A stretch of DNA of 64,000 nucleotides from IMG/VR virus record IMGVR_UViG_3300046507_000599; one strand, 5' to 3'. Origin of the DNA: an uncultured virus (IMG/VR IMGVR_UViG_3300046507_000599). Lineage: Duplodnaviria; Heunggongvirae; Uroviricota; Caudoviricetes. The position numbers and the translations under genes were made by a program. Under the pieces are notes generated by a model, which saw nothing but the letters and a program-made list of their open reading frames with translations, was not told the DNA's origin and searched no databases. Below are positions 18,729 to 29,378 of this stretch, piece after piece; positions within the stretch are counted from its first letter, which is position 1, and each line of letters opens with the position of its first letter.

Positions 18729-19388
18729 TTATGCGCCGGCCAAGTAACGAAGCGAACGAGCCGAAAGCCCGATGCTGATGGTTCGCGTCATCACGTTGTT
18801 ACGCTCCATCGTTGGATCAGGAGTGATGCTCACATAACCCGGGTAGAGGATCTGATCGCCGTTACGCAACTTCATGCGTACAACGGCCAGCTCTTTGGTG
18901 TCGTCGAAGCCTTCGACAGTCTCGACGTATTGAGCGGTCGGCTGATCCTCCACCACGATGGTGATCGTGGTCGGGTTGCGGTTGGTTGGAAATTGCTTGT
19001 CGTCGTCATCTTCCAGGTAGCCGACAGTTTGGTATTGCTGCTCACCGCCGGAGGATGTGAAGGACGTAACTTTCGAGATTTGCGTCCATCCGGACACAGG
19101 AATCACTGAGCCAGAACCCGCACCGGCAGTGAATTTGTCGGTGTTGGTGGTATTGAGACCAGCCAAGGCAAAAGCATCGGCGGTGACGCCGGACGCCTTT
19201 ACTGCGCGGTCATTGATCAGCGCCCAGCCGGAGTTGATCAGCAAAACGTCGCCGTTTTCAATGTCGTGCCCTACTGAGGCAGCGACCGGCGGTTTCGCAT
19301 TGGTCAATGCAGTGAAAGCGACGGCGGATCCCATAACGCTGGCGATCTCCAGCACAGCGCCGTTCGGCAGCGGGAAGCGTGCGGCCAT
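18729..19388 (-). CDS. Major tail tube protein
   Basis: LPNG, SGGEQQY motifs; position. Confidence 0.9.
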   Translation of the reverse strand: MAARFPLPNGAVLEIASVMGSAVAFTALTNAKPPVAASVGHDIENGDVLLINSGWALINDRAVKASGVTADAFALAGLNTTNTDKFTAGAGSGSVIPVSGWTQISKVTSFTSSGGEQQYQTVGYLEDDDDKQFPTNRNPTTITIVVEDQPTAQYVETVEGFDDTKELAVVRMKLRNGDQILYPGYVSITPDPTMERNNVMTRTISIGLSARSLRYLAGA

Positions 19389-19427
19389 GGTGTGTTTCCT
19401 CTTGAGTGCCCGCCTGACGGCGGTAGG

Positions 19428-19856
19428 TTATGCCCCAGCGGGCGGTAGGTCTGCGACACCTGCGTAGGTGAAGCTGGCCGGGACCGTGTAGGTCGCCGAC
19501 TCTGTGATTGTTGGCCCTTGATCTACTGGTTCCGTGATGAGGCCATCGAACCCGTTGCGGGCCAGTGGCGTGTCTACGCGAAAGAGTTGGGTCAGCTCTT
19601 CAACAAGCGTCTCTGCCCAGGCCATGGCCTGGGCAGATGGACAAACGATGCTGATCTGATAAACACCGGCGTATTCGTAGGCGTCCCCGCCGAGATAACG
19701 GCAAGTGGTGCTGGCTGGTAGCTGGAAGGCCCGGAGATAGGTTTCAGATGGATTTGGAGTGAATGGCTGATTCGAGTAGGCCACTCGTATTGGACGCGCA
19801 GCCGACCATGCGGCCAGCTTCGTTTCGATGGCCTGACGGGCGCGTGCGTGACTCAT
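19428..19856 (-). CDS. Tail terminator protein (DUF4128-like)
   Basis: YLRAFQLPA, GVYQISI; position. Confidence 0.8.
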   Translation of the reverse strand: MSHARARQAIETKLAAWSAARPIRVAYSNQPFTPNPSETYLRAFQLPASTTCRYLGGDAYEYAGVYQISIVCPSAQAMAWAETLVEELTQLFRVDTPLARNGFDGLITEPVDQGPTITESATYTVPASFTYAGVADLPPAGA

Positions 19857-20449
19857 ACCTGATTGTTCCTGATGGCCTCCTGCACAATCTGCTGGAAGCG
19901 AGCCACGGTTACCCGGACCATTCCGCCGGGGGCCTGAGTGGAATGGCCGAACTCCAGAGGAATCGCGTAGGGCAAGTTGTTAATGATGTAGGCCATCTGG
20001 CCGGCGGTGAAGTCGCTCATTGCTGCTACCAGCGCCGCGGTAGTCTCGGCGCCGCTCGGGTCAACCTCGTCGAAGGTGACGCCTTCGACCACACCGAGGG
20101 AAATGTGCCAGTTAGCGCGGAACCGGCCGCCGACGTAGCCTTCAGGCGCCTTTATGTCCATGCCGTCGTTGAGCTTGCGGCCCTTCTTGAGCCTGCCGCT
20201 CTTGGTCAGATTGGCCGGATCGCTACGTAGCGCGCTGTTGTGGTCGTCGACGGCCTTGTTGTACTGGGTTGCTACGGCGTTCTGCGCCCAGATCTCAGGG
20301 TTACCCACTGGAGACATGCGGATTAGGCTGCTGCCGACCTCGATGATGATCTCGCGCACACTGGCGTCGATGGCTTCGCTGGTCTGGGCGGCGAACTCAG
20401 CCAAGCTTAAGGCGAAGCTTCCGGATTGCCCGGCGCCCGTCCGGCTCAT
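19853..20449 (-). CDS. Tail completion protein (HK97 gp10-like)
   Basis: GRFRANW, NNLPYA..LEFGHSTQAP.GMVR. Confidence 0.85.
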   Translation of the reverse strand: MSRTGAGQSGSFALSLAEFAAQTSEAIDASVREIIIEVGSSLIRMSPVGNPEIWAQNAVATQYNKAVDDHNSALRSDPANLTKSGRLKKGRKLNDGMDIKAPEGYVGGRFRANWHISLGVVEGVTFDEVDPSGAETTAALVAAMSDFTAGQMAYIINNLPYAIPLEFGHSTQAPGGMVRVTVARFQQIVQEAIRNNQV

Positions 20450-20817
20450 GACCGCACCTGCAGCTCATAGAGGATCGGCGTGCCGGCTGGATTGACCTCT
20501 TTCAGCGGCGGGACAATTGCCCATGTGCGGCCTTGGGCGACCACCTTGTCGAGCAGGCCCGGCACCCAGGCCAAACCCTGCGCGGCAATCTTCAGCTTCT
20601 TGTCGCCCTGCTTGATGAGGCTGTTGGTCTGGAACTCCTGACCCGTGAAATCGAGCAGGATGCCCTGAGCGGTCTGTTCAATGGTGGCGCCCGGCGTGTC
20701 GCCACCGGTCTCAGGATCATACTCGCCCGGCTCAGTCTTGCTGATGGTCACGGGCTGGCCGAACTGCGTAATCAACCGCAGAGCGGTAGCGGCCGTGCGG
20801 TCGTAGAACGCATTCAT
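20446..20817 (-). CDS. Head closure protein
   Basis: Position; YDP.TG, YELQVR. Confidence 0.75.
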   Translation of the reverse strand: MNAFYDRTAATALRLITQFGQPVTISKTEPGEYDPETGGDTPGATIEQTAQGILLDFTGQEFQTNSLIKQGDKKLKIAAQGLAWVPGLLDKVVAQGRTWAIVPPLKEVNPAGTPILYELQVRS

Positions 20818-20819
20818 TG

Positions 20820-21323
20820 TCAGGCCCTTACAGCAAAGAGGCCTCGTTTGGCCAAGTAATCGGCGAACTGGGTTCGGCTTGGACGATCCGGCGCGGCCGG
20901 CAATAGCCTGCCACTTTTGTTGCTGATCGGGGCGTATTCAACATCGACCGCGCCTTCGACTCGCTCGCGGATTACTGCGCCTTGGCGTTGGTCGACCGGG
21001 TCGATATCGTCGGTGTGGATCTCGGCAGCCAGCGCCATTTGGCCGTACTGGATTCGCGCCGGCAGGTAGTTGTCGGGCTTGATCTCGTAATCCAGCTCAA
21101 CGCTGCGGCGCGGCCAGGACAGGGCCTGCTCGCTGTTGGACTTTCGCCCTTTCCACGTCATGCCATCCATTGCAAGCGCGGCCCGGCGCAGCAGCGCTTC
21201 CTGTGCTGGCACCTCCTCGGGAATGGTCACGCCAAACTTCACGGCGTACATGGCCAGGTCTTCGGCGGATGCGTAGCTTTCGGCGTCAGGCTTGCCGGTG
21301 CCATCCTCAATGATGAGAGTCAT
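20820..21323 (-). CDS. Head-tail adaptor (often annotated DnaT-like)
   Basis: IIEDGTG...AESYAS, QALSWPR. Confidence 0.8.
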   Translation of the reverse strand: MTLIIEDGTGKPDAESYASAEDLAMYAVKFGVTIPEEVPAQEALLRRAALAMDGMTWKGRKSNSEQALSWPRRSVELDYEIKPDNYLPARIQYGQMALAAEIHTDDIDPVDQRQGAVIRERVEGAVDVEYAPISNKSGRLLPAAPDRPSRTQFADYLAKRGLFAVRA

Positions 21324-21378
21324 GAATCAGCTCGCTGTGGTGTTCTGGATCGGGCGCCGAGTTGCCGGCACCCCATTG

Positions 21379-21990
21379 TTACGCCTTCGGAAGTTCCGAT
21401 ACCGCCTTTTCCAGCGACTCTTTCGAGGCGTTGGCCCGATAAGGTACGCCGACAGCGTCGAGTTTAGCTTTCAGCTCGGCGATTTCCTTCGCCTCCTTGG
21501 TCTCGTCCGTTTCCAGCCGAGCCTGAGCGGCCTGAGCCAAGAGGTCGTCCACCTGCTTCTGCAGGAGCCGCGCCTTCTCGGCTCCAGAATCGCGCTCACC
21601 CGCCAGAGTTTCCATCTGTAGGCGAATGCCGTCGAGGGCGTCGAACAGGCGGATCGGCAGTTCGCCGGCGCAAGGGTGCTCCAGGTCCGACAAACCTTCG
21701 GCAGCCTCGATCAGCAACACGATCCCGTCACGCTCAGCGTTCAACTTGTCGATCAACTCCTGCAACGCAGTACCATCAACGCCCGCGCTGCCTGTGATCA
21801 ACAGAACAGGTGCCGAATCAACCTGTCGCACCGTCACTTCTGGCACATCCTCAGCCTCGTCGTCACGGCTTTCAGTGGCGTTCGCGTCAACAATGCGCAG
21901 GCCGTTTTGCTTGGCCAGCGCCTTCACATCTTCCTGGTACTGATGGAATGGACCGGGCAAGTACCAGATATTTTTGTTGCTCATGATCAT
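21379..21990 (-). CDS. Hypothetical head-region protein
   Basis: Follows capsid gene; coiled-coil C-terminal half. Confidence 0.75.
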   Translation of the reverse strand: MIMSNKNIWYLPGPFHQYQEDVKALAKQNGLRIVDANATESRDDEAEDVPEVTVRQVDSAPVLLITGSAGVDGTALQELIDKLNAERDGIVLLIEAAEGLSDLEHPCAGELPIRLFDALDGIRLQMETLAGERDSGAEKARLLQKQVDDLLAQAAQARLETDETKEAKEIAELKAKLDAVGVPYRANASKESLEKAVSELPKA

Positions 21991-22034
21991 TACCTCGTCA
22001 AGCCGGGCACACCGCCCGGCTCAACATTCAGGGG

Positions 22035-23003
22035 TTACTTGGAGGCATCACCGATCAGAGCCACACCAGCGGTGTGCTTGATGCTGGTAGCAGTCTTGTC
22101 CCAGTTGGTACCGGTCGCCAGCTCGGCGTCGGTTGGCGACTTGCCGCCGGTGGTGGTGTCCCAGGTGTAACCCTTCAGGCCCAAGCCGAAGGTGTAATCG
22201 GTTTGGAGCGTGGTTTCGATGCGCTCCTTGCCGTTGGTGGTCTGGACGTTGCTGATGATGTCGCGGCCGTCGTGGACCAGCGCAGCGCCTTGCACCAGGG
22301 AGAGGATGATTTCCTTGTTCGGGGTGCCGGCCTGCATCAGCGCAGGGGCATCCGTCACAACGGAGATCTTGCCGAGGATGTCCACCACGCGAACGTTGCC
22401 CGCCTGGAACAGCTGCTGCTGGTTCGCCAGGTTCTGGCCGACCAACTTGTGGTAGCTGGTACCCTGCATCACCTGGGTGACCAAGTTCTGACTGGCGTCG
22501 CCGAACTTCGCATGCGCGTTGTTCAGGCCTGCGTAGGTGATGCCTGCGGTCGCCGACACATCGTTGACTGCGGCGGCTTGGGCGGTGATCGCTGCAACCA
22601 GTGCCGCGATCGCAGTGTTCAACTGATCCTTCAGCAGGATTTCAGCGAACGCGCGGCTCGCGACTTCGATACCTTGCGCGGTTGGGCGCTCCAGCCAGGT
22701 CATCTGCGATGGCTCATAGCGAATCGGGCCGAAGCCGCCGGCGACCTTCACCGAAGTGTTCTTCAGCTCGGTCAGGTCAGTGGCAGCAACGGCGGCGTTG
22801 GCGCTGTAGCGGTCCACGCGGCGCTGAGCAGCAGCAAGAGTCTGGAAGAACGACTCTTGGAGGAAGTCGCCAGTGAAGCCGTCCGGGGACAGCACAATAG
22901 CGCCCCGGCTCGCAGCGTTGAACGCGGCGAGATATTGATCCAGCGTCTCGAGAGTCGCCGGCATGATGTATTCGTTGAAAACCTGCATTTGCGACAGGGA
23001 CAT
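22035..23003 (-). CDS. Major capsid protein
   Basis: 322 aa after scaffold; GYTWD...NWDK. Confidence 0.9.
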   Translation of the reverse strand: MSLSQMQVFNEYIMPATLETLDQYLAAFNAASRGAIVLSPDGFTGDFLQESFFQTLAAAQRRVDRYSANAAVAATDLTELKNTSVKVAGGFGPIRYEPSQMTWLERPTAQGIEVASRAFAEILLKDQLNTAIAALVAAITAQAAAVNDVSATAGITYAGLNNAHAKFGDASQNLVTQVMQGTSYHKLVGQNLANQQQLFQAGNVRVVDILGKISVVTDAPALMQAGTPNKEIILSLVQGAALVHDGRDIISNVQTTNGKERIETTLQTDYTFGLGLKGYTWDTTTGGKSPTDAELATGTNWDKTATSIKHTAGVALIGDASK

Positions 23004-23014
23004 GAGTTATTTCC

Positions 23015-23722
23015 TTACGATTGAGGGAGATCTGGGAACCGGCTTGCGATTGCAGCCGTGCGTTCCTCTTTGGTACCGCCGATTTTTCCTTTCGGGGCCC
23101 CGCCCCCACCACCTGCACCGCCGGCCCCGCCGCCAGATGCCTTGCTACCCGCGATCAACGGCGCGAACGCCGCGTCATTCGCGATTTCTGCTTTAAGCTC
23201 GTCGAGCGTTGCCGCCGAGAGCTTGCCCTGTGCATCGAGGACGACCACAACAGGCTTCCCGTCGCGCTGCTCGACGCTCAGACGGCGCTCGATGTGCGGC
23301 AACAAGGCTTTGGCGCTGCCTTGCACTGCCAGTGCAGAGGCGATGTCAGTAGCGGTACGACCGACAGTCAGATCCCGGATCTGCCCGCTCAGCGTTCCAC
23401 GCTCCTGTTCCAACATGCCGTTCAGCTCAGCTTCTCGGCGGGTAAATTTTTCAGTCCAGGAACGCTCGAGCTCTTCGACGTTGCCGGACTTGCGAGCGGC
23501 TTCTTCACGCTCCAAACGCGCGGCATCTTCAGCTTCGCGCGCCTTTTTCTCGGCGGCTTTCTTCTCGCCGAGCAGCTCATCAACCTTGGCCTTCAGGCCG
23601 GATACATCCTCTTGCTGCGGCAGACCTTCAATGCCGAGAACGAACTTGCCGTCCTTCTCGGTGTAAAGAGCGCGCACGGCTTCATCTACCCCTTCCAGGG
23701 TATCCAGTTGGAATTTCAGCAT
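23015..23722 (-). CDS. Capsid scaffolding protein
   Basis: Coiled coil with Gly-rich C-terminus, precedes capsid gene. Confidence 0.82.
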   Translation of the reverse strand: MLKFQLDTLEGVDEAVRALYTEKDGKFVLGIEGLPQQEDVSGLKAKVDELLGEKKAAEKKAREAEDAARLEREEAARKSGNVEELERSWTEKFTRREAELNGMLEQERGTLSGQIRDLTVGRTATDIASALAVQGSAKALLPHIERRLSVEQRDGKPVVVVLDAQGKLSAATLDELKAEIANDAAFAPLIAGSKASGGGAGGAGGGGGAPKGKIGGTKEERTAAIASRFPDLPQS

Positions 23723-23815
23723 TGGTTGTCTCCCAGAGACGTAGGTGCAGGCCCTGCCTGCAAGTTAGAAAAGTAGGTAAAGTCTCTGCCTTCAGAGACT
23801 GGACGAGAGATCTAG

Positions 23816-24346
23816 GTGCGTATTCGAAAACCCAAATCAAGCGAAGTCGCCCCTAAAGAGGCAACAACTCCTTTGACGTCAAACATGCTTGCAATTGCAG
23901 TCGTTACCGGTTTCGCTACCTTGGCTGCCGCTGGCTTCGGAGCTTATGCAGTTTTTGCCTCCGCGAAGCTCAGTCGCATCGAGAGCTGCGTCAAACGCAT
24001 AGATGAGCGGGAGTTAGCAACGCGAGAAAAAGCAGCGGCATTGCTAAAAAATCTCGGCGGATTTCTCGCGAGTACAGCTATGTCGGAGGACACTGCTGTC
24101 GTGGGAATACCGGGCACGAGGGTTGTCGAATCGGCATTTGAACTCTTGGCGTACGCACCTCCTGAGCTCAACATCGTAGCGGTTAATATGGGTCTCACCA
24201 TTCGACAAGGGTTGGCCGCTAAAACCCCAAACCAGCAACGAGAAGCCATTGATGCGGGAGGTCATGCCTTTGACGGATGGACACAAACCTATTCGCAACA
24301 TATGAAGTCATTCGACGCTGAACGCGTTGCTTGCCAAACAAATTGA
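23816..24346 (+). CDS. Antisense moron, membrane protein
   Basis: N-terminal TM; opposite strand within head operon. Confidence 0.7.
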   Translation: MRIRKPKSSEVAPKEATTPLTSNMLAIAVVTGFATLAAAGFGAYAVFASAKLSRIESCVKRIDERELATREKAAALLKNLGGFLASTAMSEDTAVVGIPGTRVVESAFELLAYAPPELNIVAVNMGLTIRQGLAAKTPNQQREAIDAGGHAFDGWTQTYSQHMKSFDAERVACQTN

Positions 24347-24349
24347 GAC

Positions 24350-25435
24350 TCAAATGCTGGCGCGAGCAAACGCGAGAGGTTCCAAAGCCTTCATCTGTGA
24401 GAGCGTCAGCGCAGCAAAGTTGCGATCAAGCTGTAGCTCAGCAAAGCGCTCTACGCTTAGCCCGCCTTCACGGAACAGCTTCGCTCGAACCGGACCGATA
24501 GCCTTGTCCTGAAACGCTGCCGGCTGCTGCTTGAGCCAGTCGTAGTAGCTGAGGTCTGCCCTTACCTGCTGCGCGCCAGAGTCGCCGACGGATGCACGCG
24601 TGGCGCCCTCGGCAAACAGCGCGCTGAAGCGAGTCACCGCTACCACCGTCGAACGGCAATTGATGTGGATCGGCGGCCGCGGCCCTTCGGTCAGCTTGAA
24701 ACGGCGCTTGTCGAGCGTCCGGCACTGGCTGGTAGTCTTCGAATCCAGGGTGCTGACCCACTCCACCGACGGCACGACATCAGAGTTCGCCTTCAGCGTC
24801 TCCATGCGCGCCTGGGTAGCGACGTGCTGCACCGCCGTTCGCACGATGGCGCCAGCGTTGCGGTTCGTCGTGGCTAGGATCCCGTCGTTGTACTTGAGCG
24901 CTTTGGTGCCACGGATGTTCTTGATGATCTCGAAGTTGGTTTGGCCTTCGAAGAAGCCCTGCCGGATCGCGCCTGTGAGGCGTTGTCGCTCCGTGGCGGT
25001 GAAGCCATCAATGAACGTCTTGAGCAGCTTGCCGCCATCCGCGCCGCGCACGCTCAGCGGATTGGTGAGGATTGCCGCCCTGATTGCTGCAGCACCTGGC
25101 ACCGCCGCGTCGAAGGTGATGCCTACCGGCGCAGCCCGGGTCAGGCTGGTTGCCTCAAACTCGGCCTCGTAGTTGGCGATATCGACCAAGTCTAGATTCA
25201 GCTTCTCGCTGTACCGGTCGAAGATGCCCAGCAGCAGGCTGTCTACCTCGCTCAGCAGCCGCTCCAGACGCGCAACGGTGTAATCCGTCAGGTCGGCCCG
25301 GGTCAGCCGCTCGCGAATCGAGCGGTCGATCTCTTTGAGGAAAGGTGCGAACTTGGCCACCTCCCCCGACTTCAGTTGCTCAAGGAAGACGGCGTGCCGA
25401 ATCGTGGCATCAAGGATCGCTTGGTTTGCCGCCAT
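24350..25435 (-). CDS. Minor head protein (Mu gpF/SPP1 gp7-like)
   Basis: TLDSKTT..C..LD, PPIHINCRS. Confidence 0.92.
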   Translation of the reverse strand: MAANQAILDATIRHAVFLEQLKSGEVAKFAPFLKEIDRSIRERLTRADLTDYTVARLERLLSEVDSLLLGIFDRYSEKLNLDLVDIANYEAEFEATSLTRAAPVGITFDAAVPGAAAIRAAILTNPLSVRGADGGKLLKTFIDGFTATERQRLTGAIRQGFFEGQTNFEIIKNIRGTKALKYNDGILATTNRNAGAIVRTAVQHVATQARMETLKANSDVVPSVEWVSTLDSKTTSQCRTLDKRRFKLTEGPRPPIHINCRSTVVAVTRFSALFAEGATRASVGDSGAQQVRADLSYYDWLKQQPAAFQDKAIGPVRAKLFREGGLSVERFAELQLDRNFAALTLSQMKALEPLAFARASI

Positions 25436-26873
25436 TTAGGTTTGCCTCGTCGTCGTCATCCAGATCCGGTCCGGTGCTTTGCGCTTCGAGTTCACCCCGA
25501 ATTTCATCGTCCGTCTTCTCTGGGTTGATCACGCCTCGATCGCGCAGGTACTGCCAGAAGTCGCCTTCAGGCAGCTTTCCACCTTGCACTGCGTTAAACA
25601 GCGCTGCCAGGATCGTCGCGTCCAGAGTGATCTGGCTGAAGTCTTGGTTGAGTTTGTAGATCACTTCGCCGGATGCATTCACGAATTCAGCCATCCACGT
25701 CAGGCACTGGCTGTAGGCCTCGCTGACGTTACTGACCACCAGCGACAAAACACTGTGTTCTGCTGCGCTGTCGTTGTCGGCTTGGGTTGCGGTCTTCACC
25801 GCGCTACCACGCTCGATCAGACGGGCGCCGAGCGAAACCATGTCCTGTTTCTTGGATTCCATTGCCTCCTTGGCGACCGTGTTCGGCTGAGCCTGCCAAA
25901 CCCCGCAGGTGCCATTTACTGGAAGCAGCCAAGGTGCGCGGGAGCCGAGGAATATCCCGTTCGTCTCCATGTGATCGCGCCACTGCTCATCGAGACCGGC
26001 CATCCACGGCTGAGGCTGGCCCACCAAGTAGGCAGCTTCTTCGTAGTCCGCACTGTTGCGATAATGGCCGATGTTCACCTCAGCCATGTCGTACAGCGGG
26101 GCGTCGTCGATGGTGGTGTCGTTGTTCTCGCTGCCCAGGAATTGGAACGGGATGACGCGCCATGGCTGGCCTGATCCGCTCAGTGGGGCAAACGGCGCGA
26201 CGGTCATTTCCGTCTTGCTCGCCCCCTCCTCCCACACTTCCTGCGTGTAGACACCGGTAGCATCCAGACGCAGCACACGATATTGCACAACCTGCTCACT
26301 GCCGAACCCGTCATCACTATCGACATCGACCTTTTCGCGCAGCACAACCAGGCTCAGCAGATGCTGACCGCCAACCTGGCGCGTCTTCCAGTTGATGATT
26401 GATTCAGCTGGGTAGCTTGCGACGTTTGCGCGGGCGCGACCGGATTGCTCGTCTGCCTTACTCACGGTGCCGGGCTCAACAGCGGCATAGTCGACCAGCA
26501 GGCCGTGACGACCTACTTCGAGCAAGTGCCCGATAACCGATTGCGATTGCTGGTAAACACTGACGCCCTGCCCGTCGATGTCCTTTGTCACGTAGTTGAG
26601 CGCACCGGGAACAGTCAGCGTTGGCCAAGTGCGGAATACTGCACCTACTAGACTGTGTTTTGTGCGGCCTGTGGCGTTGTAGAGCACCGCGCGCTTCTTG
26701 TACGCGTCATAACGGTCGCGGTTGTCCTGGGACTTGTCCGAGGCATTCGGCCGGGGCAAGTAGTAATCGCCGGCAGCCTTGACCGTTTCCGAGCCCTTGC
26801 AGACGTCGCGCACCAAGCGCCAGCGGTACTGTGCCGCCTTGTACTCGGGGCGAGTAAAAGTGACGTCCGTCAT
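25410..26873 (-). CDS. Portal protein (DUF4055-type)
   Basis: Follows TerL; Y..Y..RA..YN.T motif. Confidence 0.88.
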   Translation of the reverse strand: MTDVTFTRPEYKAAQYRWRLVRDVCKGSETVKAAGDYYLPRPNASDKSQDNRDRYDAYKKRAVLYNATGRTKHSLVGAVFRTWPTLTVPGALNYVTKDIDGQGVSVYQQSQSVIGHLLEVGRHGLLVDYAAVEPGTVSKADEQSGRARANVASYPAESIINWKTRQVGGQHLLSLVVLREKVDVDSDDGFGSEQVVQYRVLRLDATGVYTQEVWEEGASKTEMTVAPFAPLSGSGQPWRVIPFQFLGSENNDTTIDDAPLYDMAEVNIGHYRNSADYEEAAYLVGQPQPWMAGLDEQWRDHMETNGIFLGSRAPWLLPVNGTCGVWQAQPNTVAKEAMESKKQDMVSLGARLIERGSAVKTATQADNDSAAEHSVLSLVVSNVSEAYSQCLTWMAEFVNASGEVIYKLNQDFSQITLDATILAALFNAVQGGKLPEGDFWQYLRDRGVINPEKTDDEIRGELEAQSTGPDLDDDDEANLNGGKPSDP

Positions 26874-28171
26874 CGAGCGACTCCCATTTTCATTGAGGTG
26901 ACCGGTTTAACGATCGGGTACTCGCGGTGAATGAAGTAACCGCCGCCGTCGTTGGCGTGGTCGTTGCCTTGGCTCTTGTCCGGCTCGCCGTTGGGCGCCC
27001 AGATTTGCTGTTCCAGGCCATCGGCGTAGGTCGGGCATCTAAACGGGTTCACTAGGTAACGTCGCTCGCCCTGCGCATTGCAGAACATGGCGTTCATGGC
27101 GTTGATCCGATCCTTCACCGGCGGATTAGCGGCCGGCGCGATGACTGTGAAGCCTGCCTGCTTGAGCATGGCGATATCGGTGAGGCTGGCATTGACCGAC
27201 TTACGCGAATCGCCGGAGGCGTCCGGGTAGATCCGGATCTCGCAGGTCTTCTTGTAGTCGTTGCCGGTGTGCTCCCAGTACCGCTCTTTGATGCGACGAA
27301 TCATGTCCGGCGTGTCGTAGCCATCCATCAACTCGTCCACGGCTCGCGGTAGGCCTTGGTCACGTTTGACGTGGGTGATCGCGGCCATTTTGCCGACGTT
27401 GAAGTCCATGCCGATGAACAGCGGCTCGCCAGCCTGCACAGTGTCGAAGCACTGGTTCAGCTTGCGGTCGTAAGCGTGGTAGATCGATCCGGACGTCAGG
27501 TTGACGAACTGTCCGTTCAGGTACGCGCGGATCAGCTGCTCGGGGTACGACTCCATCAGCGATGCGATGTAGTCGTCAGGCAGGTTCAGCTCGTTGTCGA
27601 AGGTGCTGGCCTGGATCAGGCCATACATTTCCTTTAGCGCCGGCTTGTCGCGTAGCTGCTTTACGAACTGGAGGAAGACGAACTTGAAGCCTTCCGGCGT
27701 CGTGGTCACGTCCACGCCGTTTTTCAGCCCGGGCAGGTTGTAACGCATCCGGGCAATGATCTTGCGCCAGGCCTGCTGCGCCTTGATCGACGTCAGCACG
27801 TCCAGCTCATCGACCAACGCGTGACCTATCTTGAAGCCGACGATGGTTTGCGGCTTCTCCATGGACCGGCAGATCACAGTGCCGCGATACTGCCGGCCGC
27901 TGTAAATGTGAACCTCATGGTTCGCTTGGTTGATCTTGGTCTTCAGCCCCCAGTCGTAAGCCACCTCCTCCATCGTGGGATAGAAGATGTCTCGGATCTG
28001 CGGGTAAGTCGGAGCGAAGTAGCCAGCGTTGACGCCCGGCCACTCCATGAAATGCTTGCTGAGCGCTGAGCATCCGACCCAGGTCTTCCCAGAGCCGAAG
28101 CCAGCAACGAAAGCGCGAAACTTATGGGGCAACAAGAGGAACTGCGACTGCGGAACGTTAAGGCTCGGCAT
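26870..28171 (-). CDS. Terminase large subunit
   Basis: Walker A AGFGSGKT, VDE, TTTPEG, nuclease GMDFN, DH..D. Confidence 0.95.
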   Translation of the reverse strand: MPSLNVPQSQFLLLPHKFRAFVAGFGSGKTWVGCSALSKHFMEWPGVNAGYFAPTYPQIRDIFYPTMEEVAYDWGLKTKINQANHEVHIYSGRQYRGTVICRSMEKPQTIVGFKIGHALVDELDVLTSIKAQQAWRKIIARMRYNLPGLKNGVDVTTTPEGFKFVFLQFVKQLRDKPALKEMYGLIQASTFDNELNLPDDYIASLMESYPEQLIRAYLNGQFVNLTSGSIYHAYDRKLNQCFDTVQAGEPLFIGMDFNVGKMAAITHVKRDQGLPRAVDELMDGYDTPDMIRRIKERYWEHTGNDYKKTCEIRIYPDASGDSRKSVNASLTDIAMLKQAGFTVIAPAANPPVKDRINAMNAMFCNAQGERRYLVNPFRCPTYADGLEQQIWAPNGEPDKSQGNDHANDGGGYFIHREYPIVKPVTSMKMGVAR

Positions 28172-28619
28172 TCGGCTTCCTCGCATCCACTACGTCGACC
28201 TGGATGCGCGTCGGGATTGCCGGCTCATCGTCTGGCTCGTCCTTCCGGTTGCGATTGACGTAGACGTCGCCGACTTCCTTGGCGGCCTGCTCGAGGATCT
28301 GCATGGCCAGGCCTATGTTCTTCATCGTTTCGGCCTTCTCCACAAACCGGTTCATCGCACGAAGGCGGAACGCTCGGTTCGCGATCGGGATTTCGGCTGT
28401 CTCCTCGCGGAAGCGCTTGCGGGTATCTTCAAACACCGCTTTCCACTTCACGCCAAGGTCACGGCCGGCATGCTTCGTTGGGTCGTACTGCTCGCACTGC
28501 TGGCGAGACACCTCGACGCCGAATGTTTCCTTGACCGCCTGCACTACCTGAGTCGGAGTATCAAAGCAGGCCAACGCCTGCACAATGAAGCGCTTCACCT
28601 CATCTTTCAGGGCTGCCAT
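28158..28619 (-). CDS. Terminase small subunit (DUF2280-type)
   Basis: FIVQALACFDTP, ILEQAAKE; upstream of TerL. Confidence 0.88.
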   Translation of the reverse strand: MAALKDEVKRFIVQALACFDTPTQVVQAVKETFGVEVSRQQCEQYDPTKHAGRDLGVKWKAVFEDTRKRFREETAEIPIANRAFRLRAMNRFVEKAETMKNIGLAMQILEQAAKEVGDVYVNRNRKDEPDDEPAIPTRIQVDVVDARKPNAEP

Positions 28620-28651
28620 ATGGGTTTATTCCGTCAAGGTCCTGTCAAGGA

Positions 28652-29278
28652 TCAGGCCGACTTGAGCAGACAGGTTCCGCAGGCCCTCGATATGTTCAAT
28701 TTCCCCACCTCAGCAGGACTGTTTGCAGCATCCACTAACGCTTGAACGTCAGGGCTTGCACCGTAGCGGCGAACCACTCCGACGAACTCTTCGACGTCGT
28801 GGCCGCGCATGCACAACTTAGGCATCCCCTCCTTCGTAAACTTGGGGGCACCGAACGCGTCGAGCTCTTGGGCGATGTGATAAAGCTCGTGTTCGATCAG
28901 GGCGCAGAACTCAGCGTCGGAGCACTGAGCGCAGTAGCTGGCATCCAGGGTTATAAGATATGCCGGCACTCGACCGAACCATTCGATCATCTGTTGCTCT
29001 TGCCTACCCTTCTGCCAAGGACCGCAGCGGAAAGTGACCTGCTCAACCTGGCCGACAATTGTCCGGCCATGCTTGATGAATCCACTGGCAGCCCACAACA
29101 CAGCAAGATCGGCATCAATCAAATGCCCATGGTCTTCGTTATAAAGTTCGCCATTGGGATCAATGATCGTGGAGAACAGCCAATCGGATGCTTCGTGGGT
29201 AGGCAAAAAGAAAGTCGGATGGGAGTCACTTTCGGTGAAGATGCCAAGATTCATTGGCGGAACAGGTCTATTCGCCAT
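28652..29278 (-). CDS. Putative phage metallopeptidase
   Basis: HELYH motif and HDVEEF..VVRRYG. Confidence 0.85.
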   Translation of the reverse strand: MANRPVPPMNLGIFTESDSHPTFFLPTHEASDWLFSTIIDPNGELYNEDHGHLIDADLAVLWAASGFIKHGRTIVGQVEQVTFRCGPWQKGRQEQQMIEWFGRVPAYLITLDASYCAQCSDAEFCALIEHELYHIAQELDAFGAPKFTKEGMPKLCMRGHDVEEFVGVVRRYGASPDVQALVDAANSPAEVGKLNISRACGTCLLKSA

Positions 29279-29378
29279 GGCGTATCTTCTTTTTGTGATT
29301 CAGTTGGCTCGAGTAAGATTATCCAGCATGCTGAAGGCCCAGAATTTATGGGGCCTTCCAAGCATTGGTCACATCAAC

